A stretch of DNA of 64,000 nt. Origin: Candidatus Omnitrophota bacterium. Lineage in GTDB: Bacteria; Omnitrophota; Gorgyraeia; Gygaellales; Profunditerraquicolaceae. This document shows, in pieces, positions 9,740 through 19,829 of this stretch. The stretch covers positions 19,388-83,387 of the forward strand of contig JAKQWZ010000019.1 of the NCBI GenBank assembly GCA_029561735.1. Reading direction: 5' to 3'. Position 1 is the stretch's first letter, and every line of letters begins with the position of its first letter. The notes below the pieces were generated by a model. The model worked only from the letters and a program-made list of their open reading frames with translations. It did not search any database and was not told the origin of the DNA. A program made the translations under genes and the position numbers.

Positions 9740-10211
9740 CTGCGCCCTCCAGTTTCATCTCAAGGCCTGCCCCTTTCCAATCTTTGCGTAAGGGGTGCTC
9801 GCCTTTTGGCCATCCATCAGGAAGCGGGTATCTTCTTCCTTCAGGCAGGCCATCAACATGAATACCTAAAAGATCTTCCAGCTCTCTCTCATACATCTCG
9901 GCTATCGGAAAATACTGCATGATGCTTTTGATATGAGGTTTTTCGCGGGAAATCTTTACTTTTAGATTAACCATAATTTTACCTTCCGGGCTCATATGAT
10001 AGATCGCGGCAAAATTCTCTACCTCGTCTAAACCGGTAATGCCCGAAAGCATAGCACAGCGCATTTTCTTGATCATGTAATCCAGCACATCGTGAAAACG
10101 CTCAAAAGGCACATCAACAAAAATACGCCTTGCCCTTTTAATCGTTATATTGCCATTCAAAAAATCAAATTTTCTTTCCAGATCGTTCTTAATTGCCTCT
10201 TCCGGGCTCAT
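9732..10211 (-). CDS. Group 4 hydrogenase NuoC/EchD-like subunit
   Basis: YERELEDLLG..GLP..LPDGWP..HPLRKD. Confidence 0.9.
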   Translation of the reverse strand: MSPEEAIKNDLERKFDFLNGNITIKRARRIFVDVPFERFHDVLDYMIKKMRCAMLSGITGLDEVENFAAIYHMSPEGKIMVNLKVKISREKPHIKSIMQYFPIAEMYERELEDLLGIHVDGLPEGRRYPLPDGWPKGEHPLRKDWKGAGLEMKLEGADA

Positions 10212-10257
10212 ATATTATCCTCCAATAAAATACCATAATTGCCAATAGGGCATTATG

Positions 10258-10704
10258 CTATTTTTTCTTGGGGCTCTCCTCCAAACTGTTAAGCAGCTTC
10301 GTTACCCCGTCAATAAGCGCCTTTGGGCTTGCCGGGCATCCGGGAATATACGCTGACACCGGAATAACCGTATTTATTCCGGCTTTTACATTATAACAGC
10401 CTTTAAAAACCCCTCCTGTGCAGGCACAAGTCCCTACGGCAACAACAAATTTCGGTTCAGGCATCTGTTCATAAATCATTTTCAAACGGGATTCAATCTG
10501 GCGCGTAACCGGTCCGGAACATAAAAGCACATCCGCATGCCGGGGGGTACCTTTAAGCAAGACCCCGAAACGCTCCAGGTCATATGTCGGCGTCAGGCCG
10601 GCAATGATTTCTATATCGCAGGCATTACAAGCCCCGGTATTAAAATGCAATACCCACGGAGATTTACGCCTGCCCCAATTGACTATTTTTGTAATAACCC
10701 CCAT
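10258..10704 (-). CDS. Group 4 hydrogenase small subunit (NuoB/EchC-like)
   Basis: GACNACDIE, PRHADVL, GTCACTGG, IPGCP. Confidence 0.93.
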   Translation of the reverse strand: MGVITKIVNWGRRKSPWVLHFNTGACNACDIEIIAGLTPTYDLERFGVLLKGTPRHADVLLCSGPVTRQIESRLKMIYEQMPEPKFVVAVGTCACTGGVFKGCYNVKAGINTVIPVSAYIPGCPASPKALIDGVTKLLNSLEESPKKK

Positions 10705-11052
10705 TTATTCTCCCTTCTTGCCCAATAAGACAAATAAGCCCGTAACCGCGCCCATAATATAAAAAAGCGCTATAGTAAAGGTATTGACGCTTTCAATAGG
10801 CACGGTAGCAATAACCAGCGCAACCACATGCAGGATAGTAAAGAAAAAAGCAAAAGGAAAAAACTGGCTGTAATCCGGCTGGATCATATGGCCTGTAAAT
10901 TCTTCGCCGCAGGAATAGGCTTTTTTCTCATCAGCGCTCTGGGCGGTCTTTCTCCTGAAAGAAAGCCGCGAAAACAAAAGTGCCGTAAAAAATATCACCA
11001 CAAAAAGTATTGTAAATGCGACTGCCGGGGACAATAGAAAATCTCTGGGCAT
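10705..11052 (-). CDS. NuoA-like membrane subunit
   Basis: Three TM helices, KKAYSCGEE motif, operon position. Confidence 0.75.
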   Translation of the reverse strand: MPRDFLLSPAVAFTILFVVIFFTALLFSRLSFRRKTAQSADEKKAYSCGEEFTGHMIQPDYSQFFPFAFFFTILHVVALVIATVPIESVNTFTIALFYIMGAVTGLFVLLGKKGE

Positions 11053-11053
11053 A

Positions 11054-11377
11054 TTATCCTTTAAGGTTCTTTAATTTTCTGGTATCAATGGAGTGGTTAT
11101 GCTTATACAGGCACAGGATAACCCCTCCTGCAGCCACCATTATAACTACTTCAATGACAATTAGAGTAATGACTATTGCCTGGGCCAAAGCCTGGCGCCC
11201 GGTTAACTGGCCGCAGACGATTATCAACAGAGTAGCTGCCTTGATCAAGATCTCTACTCCAACCAAAACCCGGATAAGATTAAAAGTCGCCAAAACGCAA
11301 TAAAGCCCGGTTATGAATAAAAGGGCGGCAAATATGCTGTATAACCAAAATACCTGCGATAATTCCGGGGTCATCAT
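11054..11377 (-). CDS. NuoK/MrpC-like membrane subunit
   Basis: NLIRVLVGVEIL, LIVIEV; three TM helices. Confidence 0.85.
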   Translation of the reverse strand: MMTPELSQVFWLYSIFAALLFITGLYCVLATFNLIRVLVGVEILIKAATLLIIVCGQLTGRQALAQAIVITLIVIEVVIMVAAGGVILCLYKHNHSIDTRKLKNLKG

Positions 11378-11859
11378 TTACGCGGCTCCTTAAATAAAAT
11401 AACCACTGCAAAAGCCCCTGCTAAAAGTATAACAATCTGGCCCAGTAAATCCAAATGCCGCACATTCCAAAGCAACAGGCGCACATCAGTTTCACCTGCG
11501 GCAGCAGGAAGCATCAACGCCGGTATCTTTAACCAGCGTAAAAGCGCTAAACCCGCTACGACTACGATGACGGGCAAAAGAAAAAACCTGATAAAACGTT
11601 CTCTCCTGCGTTCCTGTATCTGCGACTTGGCAATACGCTGAGTAAAACTTATCGTGGTAATAAATATGACCGGGATAAGCCCTGCGCAAACCGATAATTC
11701 AAAAACAGCAGCTACGGGAGAATTCAGCCGGAAGATGATTATTGATAATACCGCGCTGGTCAGCGCCAGCCCGACCACAGAACGCAATAACCGCGTGGTC
11801 ATAACCGTCCACAATGCCGCTGCAAGAAGGCCCAGTAATAATAAAATTTCCATCGCCAT
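11374..11859 (-). CDS. NuoJ/MrpB-like membrane subunit
   Basis: AAVFELSVCAGL, LWNVRHLDLLGQ; hydrophobic. Confidence 0.75.
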   Translation of the reverse strand: MAMEILLLLGLLAAALWTVMTTRLLRSVVGLALTSAVLSIIIFRLNSPVAAVFELSVCAGLIPVIFITTISFTQRIAKSQIQERRRERFIRFFLLPVIVVVAGLALLRWLKIPALMLPAAAGETDVRLLLWNVRHLDLLGQIVILLAGAFAVVILFKEPRK

Positions 11860-11860
11860 A

Positions 11861-13288
11861 TTATCTTAAAATTTCCTGTATCGGTAAAATTAATTTATCC
11901 AGCACCCAAAAAAAGCCTACTCCTGCTGCCACGGTAATTCCCGCCAGTAATGCCGCCGGAATAGTTATTCCGGCGCCGGCCTCTTTAACAGATTCCAGGC
12001 TTAACGCAAGCTTGCCAAAGAAAACCCTTCGCTGCATAGAAAGAAAATATGCCAGGGTCACCACGCTGAATATGACCGCTATATAAGCATAAGCAAAATT
12101 CCCGGCGCTCCACAAAGCCATTATTATGATCAGCTTGCTCCAGAACCCGGCTAAAGGCGGTATCCCGGCTGTAGATAATAAGGCAATAACCGAAGTGGCC
12201 CCGGTCACAGGCATTTTTTCCGAAAGGCCTCCAAGATTATCCATATGGATTGACCCGGCCTGTTTCTCAACTGCTGCGGCATTGATAAAAAGAAGGGTCT
12301 TGAATATTGTATGGTTAAAAAAATGGAATGCCGCGCCCGCAATAGCCAAAGGAGTTGCGCAGCCCAGGCCTAAAATTATATACCCGACCTGGCTGATACT
12401 TGAATATGCCAGCATACGCTTAAAATCATGCTGGGTCAATGCTGCCAATGCCCCGAAGGCAATAGAAACTGCCCCGGCCAGCATAAGCAGGTTTTGTATC
12501 GCCGGATTTATTCCAAAGACCGAAATCACCAGCCGCATCAATACATAGACGCCGGTGACTTTAGTAATAATGCCTGCCAACAGCACTGATACTGCTGACG
12601 GCGCTGCTGAATACGCATCCGGCAGCCATCCGTGAAACGGCACAAGCCCGGATTTAATAAACAAGCCGCATAAGAAAAGCCCGATTGCCAGCTTGACTAT
12701 CGGATTTCCTGACTGCGCGCACAAACCCGAAGCAACTACTCCGAAATCAGTGTCCCCGCAAACCAGAATTATCAAAGCTATTGAAACCAGCATTAAACAA
12801 GTGGCTATGGAAGACATTACCATATACTTAAATGCCCCTTCCAAAGCCAGGCGGTCTTTCTGTATTGATATAAGCACAAAAGACGATACGGCAACAATCT
12901 CCATAAAGATATACACCGAAAATAAATCCGCGGCCAGGACAGTCGCATTCATCCCTATCACTGCAACCATCAATAAATTAATAAAATTGCTCTTCTGGGA
13001 TTTTTCCCTGAACAGGTTATTTCCTGCCAACAGGGCGGCAAAAGCCGCAACGCCGATAGAAAGAAGCAATAACAGGCTTAGAGGGTCCAGCGACAGTTTA
13101 AAAATAAAAATCCGGCTCAACTGCCTGGCAACCGGATTAATTATGCCGGTTGAGAATAGTAATGCCAGGGCCGACTGGGCTATGAATAAAAAAGCGGACC
13201 AGAACAAAGCCAGCCGGGTAGAATGCTTCCCCGGAATATTGAATACAATCAAACTTAAAAAAGGTATTGAAACAAACAACGACAACAC
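11861..13288 (-). CDS. Antiporter-like subunit (MrpD/NuoM family)
   Basis: PFHGWLPDAY, DFKRMLAYSSISQVGY, GIPPLAGFWSK. Confidence 0.9.
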   Translation of the reverse strand: MLSLFVSIPFLSLIVFNIPGKHSTRLALFWSAFLFIAQSALALLFSTGIINPVARQLSRIFIFKLSLDPLSLLLLLSIGVAAFAALLAGNNLFREKSQKSNFINLLMVAVIGMNATVLAADLFSVYIFMEIVAVSSFVLISIQKDRLALEGAFKYMVMSSIATCLMLVSIALIILVCGDTDFGVVASGLCAQSGNPIVKLAIGLFLCGLFIKSGLVPFHGWLPDAYSAAPSAVSVLLAGIITKVTGVYVLMRLVISVFGINPAIQNLLMLAGAVSIAFGALAALTQHDFKRMLAYSSISQVGYIILGLGCATPLAIAGAAFHFFNHTIFKTLLFINAAAVEKQAGSIHMDNLGGLSEKMPVTGATSVIALLSTAGIPPLAGFWSKLIIIMALWSAGNFAYAYIAVIFSVVTLAYFLSMQRRVFFGKLALSLESVKEAGAGITIPAALLAGITVAAGVGFFWVLDKLILPIQEILR

Positions 13289-13304
13289 TTTATCTGGCTC
13301 CTTT

Positions 13305-15134
13305 TTATTGCTTCAGCAGAAAAATAACCGCTGCTACACTGGCTAATATTGCCCAAAAAACATATACCGCGTAATACCCGGACTGGAACTGCCGTAGCCT
13401 TAAAGAAGAAAAATGCGCCACCTTAACAATAAGCCCGTCATAAACCCAGTCTATTGCCCGGTCAACCCTCCAAAGCGCTTGAGACCCGGCTACAGCCAGC
13501 TTTAATCCTATGTCATAAGGATCAAACATTCTCTTTTCTGCCCGATCATAGACGCCGATAAGAACCGGAGAATAATGGATATGGTCAACTGCCTTAAGGC
13601 CGCTTCCTCCGATTTTTACCCCTATCACATGGTTGATCAAAGCCGCGATCAAAACTACAATAGTCATAACAATCAGCATTACATTTGACGGCATTCCATA
13701 AAAAACATGGCCTCCCAACTTTTCAGCCCCTAAGACCGGCTGGATCAGAGTTTCCAAGGGCAGGCGGTTATATAACCCGAACAGGACACAAACGCCGGCT
13801 ATTGTAACCATCGGGGCAAGCATAGGCCAGGAGGATTCCTTGACGTTATTGTTTTCCGAACTTATTTTTCCCAGAAACGCGGCATGGCCTAATTTTAAAA
13901 ATGACGCCGCAGTCAAGAAAGAACCGACAAGTGCGGCTAAATAAAATATAACGCCCCTCTCCAAAGCCCCGTCATAAACCAGCTCTTTAGAGAAAAACCC
14001 GTTAAAAGGCGGCACGCCGGAGATCGAAGCCGCTGCAATAATAAAGCAGATAAAAGTTACCGGCATCTTCAATCCTAATCCGCCGAGTTTTTCTAAATTG
14101 GTAGTGCCGGCCTGCTTCTCCACTGAACCGCCTGTCAAAAATAAACAGGATTTATAAAGCGCGTGGTTTATCATATGGAATAATCCGCCGATAATACCGG
14201 CAGGTACGCACGTGCCGATACCCAAGATCATGTATCCGACCTGGCTGATGGCGTGGTAAGAAAGCAGGCGCTTGTAATCTTTCTGGATCAAGGCCATCAT
14301 CACTGCCAGCAGGATTGTCACGCAGCCAATAACCATTAAAAGCATGCTTAAACTGCTTGCCGGGTTTAATTTAAACATATCAAGGCTGATACGGGCCAGA
14401 AAATATATTCCCAAAAGCTTCTCCAAAGAAGCCGGTAAAAACGCCATAAACGGCAGCGGGGCATCATTTGCCGCGTCCGGTATCCAGCTATGAAAAGGCA
14501 TTGCCCCGGCCTTAGCAATCGCGCCGATCATCAGCAGTATAAACGCAATACCGCCCAGTTTTGTTATCGGCAGGCTGATCTGAGAAATATTCAAAGTGCC
14601 TGCCAGATATCCGGTCAATCCTATCCCTGCCATCAAGCACAGGTCGGAAATACCCACTATGATAAAGGCCTTGGTTGCGGTTTTAAACGCGGACTTATTT
14701 CCGATAGCGATCATTCCAAAAAGCGTCAACAATAACCCTTCCCAGAAAAATAACATCAGTATCAGGTTATCCGCAAGCACTGCACCGCTGGTAAGCCCTA
14801 ACGTAATTAACAGGTACGAATAAAACTGCTTATGCGCGGGCTTTTCGCGCATAAAGCTTAAAGAATAAACACAGACGCAGGCAGCGAAGAACGCCGCAGC
14901 CAGCAGGATAAAACCGCTGAACTGATAAATCCTTAATTTAAATTCCATGCCAAACCCCAACCAGGGCATCTGGAAAACCGCATCTGCCTTAAACAAGGCA
15001 ATTGCGCAAGCCAGATTAATAGCCACAGCCAGAATAGACAATGCCTCCCGGGCCCGGCGCCAGGCAGCCGGAGTAACCAAGGCTGCCAAAGCAAAAACAA
15101 CAGGTAAAAGTACAGGTAAAAGTAATAGTTTCAT
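13305..15134 (-). CDS. Antiporter-like subunit (MrpA/NuoL family)
   Basis: PFHSWIPDA, DYKRLLSYHAISQVGY, GVPPFNGFFSK, C-terminal lateral helix with QSGY. Confidence 0.9.
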   Translation of the reverse strand: MKLLLLPVLLPVVFALAALVTPAAWRRAREALSILAVAINLACAIALFKADAVFQMPWLGFGMEFKLRIYQFSGFILLAAAFFAACVCVYSLSFMREKPAHKQFYSYLLITLGLTSGAVLADNLILMLFFWEGLLLTLFGMIAIGNKSAFKTATKAFIIVGISDLCLMAGIGLTGYLAGTLNISQISLPITKLGGIAFILLMIGAIAKAGAMPFHSWIPDAANDAPLPFMAFLPASLEKLLGIYFLARISLDMFKLNPASSLSMLLMVIGCVTILLAVMMALIQKDYKRLLSYHAISQVGYMILGIGTCVPAGIIGGLFHMINHALYKSCLFLTGGSVEKQAGTTNLEKLGGLGLKMPVTFICFIIAAASISGVPPFNGFFSKELVYDGALERGVIFYLAALVGSFLTAASFLKLGHAAFLGKISSENNNVKESSWPMLAPMVTIAGVCVLFGLYNRLPLETLIQPVLGAEKLGGHVFYGMPSNVMLIVMTIVVLIAALINHVIGVKIGGSGLKAVDHIHYSPVLIGVYDRAEKRMFDPYDIGLKLAVAGSQALWRVDRAIDWVYDGLIVKVAHFSSLRLRQFQSGYYAVYVFWAILASVAAVIFLLKQ

Positions 15135-16579
15135 TATTTAAATATCCCCGGCAGCCCTGCGCAGGACAACTGCGCGATTTCATTCGGATAGCGGATAAAT
15201 ATTCCGCCTGCCAATGAAAGAACCGCCAAAAGTGCAACGCTAAAGACCATGACCGGCTCCTTCTCTCCCGGCGCAGAAGTTTTCACTTGGCCTAAAAATA
15301 CCATATTAAAAGCGCGGAACAGGTAAAGAATAGTCAGGAACGCTCCGATAATAAAAATTGCCGCGATTATAAAATGCCTGCCGCCTAAAGTAGCCGCGAT
15401 TACCATGTATTTAGCAAAGAAACCGCCGAACGGAGGGATCCCCATAACTGAAAAAGCACAGAATAAAAATGAAATTGCAGTAACCGGCATTGCCGTAATC
15501 AGTCCTCCGAGCTTGGTGATATCTTTGGTCCGGGTATTTTGTTCAACAATACCGGCGCATAAAAATAATCCGGCTTTGGCCAGGCCGTGCATCAGTATAT
15601 ACAGCAAACCTCCGGCAAAACCCAATTCGCTGCCCATAGAAAGGCCTAAAAATATGAATCCGATCTGGCTGATAGTAGAATACGCTATAATCCTCTTTAA
15701 ATCCGTCTCCACTAACGCAGCCCCTGCGGCAACTAAGGCGCTTATCCCGGCAGCCATAGGTACTGCCGCGTGCCAAAATTGCGTCAAAGGTATTGTAGCT
15801 ACAAAAATCCGGGCAAAAACATAAACGCCGATCTTAACCAGAACTGCTGCGTGCAGCAAAGCCGTAACCGGCGAAGGCGCCACGCCCGCATCCGGCAGCC
15901 ATGTTTGAAACGGCAGGGTCGCTGATTTAGAAAATATTCCTGCCAATATTAAAGCGATCGTAACATTGGACACAGGATGAATACTTATTGCGTCCTTAAT
16001 CACAAAAAGATCATACGAGCCCATTTCCTGTCCCAGCCTGATAAAACCGACCAGCATTAAAAGCGCGCCAAACACAGTGACCATAAAAGCCTTGTCTGCG
16101 CGTAAAACATGCTGTTTTTCCCGGAAGAAACCGATCAGGCGCCAGCTGGTAATCGCGGTAATCTCCCAGAATATATATAGGAATATAAGATTGGCTGAAA
16201 ATACCAGCCCCATCATCGCCCCCAAAAAGAGCACGACCATCAGATAATATTCATTTTGATTTTTGTAATGGCTGATATAGCCGAAGGAATAAAGAATGAT
16301 TACTGCGCTGATAAAAGACGATACTATTGCCATAAAAACCGCCAGCGGATCAGCAATAAAACTGAAATTAAAACCCAGCTGCAGGGCCTTAAAGACATTG
16401 ATAATATCGCCCTTTAAAACAGCGGGCAAGAGCGCTGTTGAGCAGGCAAACGCAGCCAGCGCCAGCAGCAAGGCAAATACATTCCGGGCATTCTGGCGCA
16501 GCTTGCCGATAAACGGCAAGGCAAAAGCCAGGCATAAAGGGATAAAAACCGCCGATAAGATCAGATTTTGATTAGTCAT
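15134..16579 (-). CDS. Antiporter-like subunit (MrpA/MrpD/NuoL family)
   Basis: PFQTWLPDA..PSPVTALLHAAVLVKIGVY, DLKRIIAYSTISQIG. Confidence 0.9.
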   Translation of the reverse strand: MTNQNLILSAVFIPLCLAFALPFIGKLRQNARNVFALLLALAAFACSTALLPAVLKGDIINVFKALQLGFNFSFIADPLAVFMAIVSSFISAVIILYSFGYISHYKNQNEYYLMVVLFLGAMMGLVFSANLIFLYIFWEITAITSWRLIGFFREKQHVLRADKAFMVTVFGALLMLVGFIRLGQEMGSYDLFVIKDAISIHPVSNVTIALILAGIFSKSATLPFQTWLPDAGVAPSPVTALLHAAVLVKIGVYVFARIFVATIPLTQFWHAAVPMAAGISALVAAGAALVETDLKRIIAYSTISQIGFIFLGLSMGSELGFAGGLLYILMHGLAKAGLFLCAGIVEQNTRTKDITKLGGLITAMPVTAISFLFCAFSVMGIPPFGGFFAKYMVIAATLGGRHFIIAAIFIIGAFLTILYLFRAFNMVFLGQVKTSAPGEKEPVMVFSVALLAVLSLAGGIFIRYPNEIAQLSCAGLPGIFK

Positions 16580-16590
16580 ATTCAGGCGCT

Positions 16591-16643
16591 AAAAATAAAA
16601 AAGCCTTCCAGGAAACATATATGCCAGAAGACTTCTGTGTCTT
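16591..16643 (-). promoter_or_regulatory. ANTAR-type hairpin overlapping an intrinsic terminator (attenuator) in the hydrogenase leader
   Basis: Minus strand AAGAC-ACAGAA-GTCTT (6-nt loop with A1/G4). Its 3' arm is the 5' arm of terminator AAGTCTTCTGG..CTGGAAGGCTT-TTTTATTTTT. Confidence 0.7.
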
Positions 16644-16648
16644 TGACT

Positions 16649-16697
16649 TGCGTAAATTATTTACGCAGAATTGTAACACTTATTGCTGATATGTCAA
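16649..16697 (-). promoter_or_regulatory. Sigma70-type promoter with a 19-bp palindrome at the start site
   Basis: TTGACA-N16-TACAAT (extended TG), then TGCGTAAAT-A-ATTTACGCA (16649-16667). Confidence 0.65.
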
Positions 16698-16707
16698 AAC
16701 AAAAATT

Positions 16708-17424
16708 CTATTTGCCTTTGATATCTTTCGCCAAAATAATAGCTTCGGCTACTTCGCGCATAGTTTTGCGCTTATCCATGCTTTGTTTCTGGATCAGCCT
16801 GTAGGCCTCAAAAGGCGGGATGTTGGCTTCCTGCGCAAGTATGTCCTTAGCCCGTTCCACCACCTTGCGGGTAACAAGGGCTTCTTCGGCGCTGCGCGCC
16901 TTCAGATCCAGCTCTGCGTTTTCAATGGCTACTGCTGCCTGATTAGCCAAAGCAGTTAAAACCTGTATTTCGTGCCTGGTAAATTCATGTTTTTTGGAAG
17001 TATAGCAGTTAAGCACGCCTATAATCTTACCCTTTACCGCCATGGGCACGCTGGCCAAAGACACCAGGGATTCTTTTTTGGCAATATCGCGGCTGACATA
17101 CCGCTGGTCCTTACGCACATCCAAAACAACTATCGGCTTATTCATTGAAGCAACTTTGCCGGCAATACCTTCGCCTAATTTTATATTTGCTTTTTTATTA
17201 TAAGCTTCGGAAATGGACTGCGTTGCCCTTACCACCAGCTCTTTACTTTCCGGGTCCAAAAGCATAAGCGAGCTGACCTTAGAATTCATTACCTCGGCAG
17301 TTACCTGCACGATAAGGCGCAATAACTCGTCAAGATATAACCCGGAGGTGATCAAATTGGCTATCTTTGAGATAGCCTCAATCTGCTTAAGGTAAGCATC
17401 GTATTTGTGGACTGTCTTTGCCAT
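16708..17424 (-). CDS. GAF-ANTAR RNA-binding antiterminator
   Basis: GAF domain (LGEGIAGKVA, SVPMAVKGKIIGVL, LANQAAVAIEN) plus ANTAR (RKVVERAKDIL..EAYRLIQKQSMDKRKTMREVAEAII). Confidence 0.92.
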   Translation of the reverse strand: MAKTVHKYDAYLKQIEAISKIANLITSGLYLDELLRLIVQVTAEVMNSKVSSLMLLDPESKELVVRATQSISEAYNKKANIKLGEGIAGKVASMNKPIVVLDVRKDQRYVSRDIAKKESLVSLASVPMAVKGKIIGVLNCYTSKKHEFTRHEIQVLTALANQAAVAIENAELDLKARSAEEALVTRKVVERAKDILAQEANIPPFEAYRLIQKQSMDKRKTMREVAEAIILAKDIKGK

Positions 17425-18602
17425 TACTTTTTATTCTTTAAAAAAGTTTCAATCCTGCTTATTGCCTCTTTTAAATTGTCCAGGCTGGAGGCATAAGAAA
17501 TCCTGATATAATCTTTGGTGTTTTCGCCAAAAGCTGTCCCCGGGACAATAGCTACTTTCTGCTCCTTAAGCAGTTTCTGGCAAAACTCCATTGAACTCAT
17601 CCCTGTTTTCTTTAGCGTCGCAAAAGCATAAAAAGCGCCCTGCGGCTTGGAACAAACAAGGCCGATGCGGTTTAATTCGCCAATAATATATTCCCTGCGC
17701 CTTTTATATTCCCGTTTCATCTCTTCCACAGAGCGCCTTCCTGCCTGTAAAGCCTCGCAAGCAGCCATTTGGCTGGTTATCGGCACGCACATTATGGAAT
17801 ACTGGTGGATCTTGGTCATAGCCGCAATTATTTCTTTGGGGCCGCAGGCAAAACCTACGCGCCATCCGGTCATAGCATAGCTTTTAGAAAATCCGTTCAA
17901 GTATACTGTATTATTTTTTGCCCCTTTTAGAGACGCAAAACAGGTATGCTCAAAATCATAGGTAAGGTCTGCGTAGACTTCATCCACTATGCAGATCAGG
18001 CCGTGCTTTAACAGGATTTTTTTAATCTCTTCCAGTTCTTTGCGGGTATACGACACACCCGTAGGATTAGCCGGATAGTTCAAAATTATCCCTTTAACTT
18101 TCTTATCAATATGTTTTTCAAGGACGCCGGGCTTTAATTTAAACCCGTCTTTGGATGTATCAATATAAACCGGCTCTCCACCTGCCAATTCGGTCATCGG
18201 GCCGTAAGATACATAGCAAGGCGTGGGTATCAAAATCTTGTCTCCGGGGTTAAGCAGGGCGCGCAAAGCCAGATCCAGCCCTTCACTGACCCCTACGGTA
18301 ATAAGCATCTCCTCGTCCGGGCAATATTCCACGCCGTATTCGGATTTTAAAAAACGGTTCAGGCCCAACCTTAATTTATACAGCCCCTTATTAGATGTAT
18401 ACGAAGTATAACCCTGTTCAAGAGAATAGATCCCTGCCTCGCGGATCTGCCAGGGAGTAACAAAATCCGGCTCTCCTACTCCGAGGGAAATCACCTCTTT
18501 CATCCCCAGGACAAGGTCAAAAAACGCCCTTATCCCAGAAGGCTGCATGTTTTTTACTTTGGTTGAAATAATATTTTTCATCTTCCTAATATGATATTGC
18601 AA
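17424..18602 (-). CDS. Class I/II PLP-dependent aminotransferase
   Basis: ISLGVGEPDF, NYPANPTG, DEVY, NGFSKSYAMTGWRVG. Confidence 0.93.
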   Translation of the reverse strand: MQYHIRKMKNIISTKVKNMQPSGIRAFFDLVLGMKEVISLGVGEPDFVTPWQIREAGIYSLEQGYTSYTSNKGLYKLRLGLNRFLKSEYGVEYCPDEEMLITVGVSEGLDLALRALLNPGDKILIPTPCYVSYGPMTELAGGEPVYIDTSKDGFKLKPGVLEKHIDKKVKGIILNYPANPTGVSYTRKELEEIKKILLKHGLICIVDEVYADLTYDFEHTCFASLKGAKNNTVYLNGFSKSYAMTGWRVGFACGPKEIIAAMTKIHQYSIMCVPITSQMAACEALQAGRRSVEEMKREYKRRREYIIGELNRIGLVCSKPQGAFYAFATLKKTGMSSMEFCQKLLKEQKVAIVPGTAFGENTKDYIRISYASSLDNLKEAISRIETFLKNKK

Positions 18603-19071
18603 TCCTCTTATTCTCTTCTCTATGTTTAAGCACTACTCCGTCTTCCTTATATTTTTTGAGCAGAAAATGCGTTGCCGTACCCCTGATATTCTCCAGAGGC
18701 GCTAACTTTTCCGAAACAAATCCGGCTACCGAATGCAGGTCCTTGCCTTCAACTATCAAAAGCAGGTCATACGTGCCTGAAATCAGGTAACAGCTGGTAA
18801 CTTCAGGAAAAGAATATATCCTTTCAGCTATTTTCTCAAAACCAAGGTCTTTTTGCGGAGTAATATTGACTTCAATCAAGGCCCGGACGCGGGAACCGGC
18901 ATCTTTTATTAATTCCTTGTTAATCATAGCCTTATAGCCTAAGATAACCCCTTCTTTTTCATATTTCTTGATTGCCTGTTTAATGTTTTCAGGCTTTTTC
19001 TTAAGCATTTTAGCTATATCCTGGGCAGTTGCGCAACCGTCTTTCTCCAGAATCTCAAGTATCTCGTCCAT
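18586..19071 (-). CDS. Lrp/AsnC family transcriptional regulator
   Basis: N-terminal HTH plus YLISGTYDLL AsnC domain; typical pairing with an aminotransferase. Confidence 0.9.
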   Translation of the reverse strand: MDEILEILEKDGCATAQDIAKMLKKKPENIKQAIKKYEKEGVILGYKAMINKELIKDAGSRVRALIEVNITPQKDLGFEKIAERIYSFPEVTSCYLISGTYDLLLIVEGKDLHSVAGFVSEKLAPLENIRGTATHFLLKKYKEDGVVLKHREENKRIAISY

Positions 19072-19153
19072 TTTGCCTCCTGTTTATAGTGGATTATAAG
19101 ACATTCAATGATAACACACTCATTGGCAAGGGTCAAGGCTATCTTAGGCGGGA

Positions 19154-19819
19154 TTAAGCCAGGCTTTCGGGGTGGTGTTTGACTACTTTAGCCTCAACCA
19201 TATAAATGACATCTTCGGCTATATTAGTTGTATGATCGCAGATGCGCTCAAGATAGCGGGCAATCAGCAATAAGGCCACTGCCCTTTCGGCGCTTTTACT
19301 GTCTTTCTTCAGCAATTCAACCAATTCATCCACAATCATATTGCGCAATTTGTCAGCTTCAGGGTCAGTGAGCATGACCTTTCTGGCTAAATCCGCGTCT
19401 TTCTTGATAAACGCTTCAATTGAATCCCGGACCATATTCTGGGCTATTCCGGAGAGTTTCGGGATATCAATCAGGGGTTTAAGCAGCGGTTTATCCGCAA
19501 TTTCCAATACCCGCTGGCAGATATCCACGGAAATATCGGCAATGCGCTCCAGTTCCGCATTTATCTTCATTCCGGTGGTGATAAAACGCAAATCTCCTGC
19601 CATAGGCTGATACCGGGCAATAAGGTCAATACAACGCTCATCAATCAAAAGTTCCAGCTCGTCTATTTTATCGTCATTATCTATTACTGCCTGCGCCTGG
19701 GCCTTATCCCTGTTTTTCAGGGATTCAATTGATTTATAAATCGCTTCTTCAGTCATCACCCCGATCTTGAGGATGTCTTTGTGAAGTTCCTGCAATGCTT
19801 CGTCAAAATGCCTTTCCAT
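19154..19819 (-). CDS. phoU: Phosphate signalling protein PhoU
   Basis: QPMAGDLR, ELERIAD, YLERICDHTTNIAE. Start moved to ATG 19819, which has a GGAGG SD. Confidence 0.95.
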   Translation of the reverse strand: MERHFDEALQELHKDILKIGVMTEEAIYKSIESLKNRDKAQAQAVIDNDDKIDELELLIDERCIDLIARYQPMAGDLRFITTGMKINAELERIADISVDICQRVLEIADKPLLKPLIDIPKLSGIAQNMVRDSIEAFIKKDADLARKVMLTDPEADKLRNMIVDELVELLKKDSKSAERAVALLLIARYLERICDHTTNIAEDVIYMVEAKVVKHHPESLA

Positions 19820-19829
19820 GGGGCCTCCC

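Noticed and set aside
8522-16579. Operon as complex I (nuo) or a cofactor-less Ehr/Mbx complex
   Set aside because: The large subunit keeps both CxxC Ni-binding motifs and a cleavable tail, and a maturation protease is encoded, so it is a true group 4 hydrogenase.
17535-17547. TGTCCC-C-GGGACA palindrome resembling the REP ends
   Set aside because: It encodes the conserved aminotransferase VPG motif and lacks the rest of the REP; likely coincidence.
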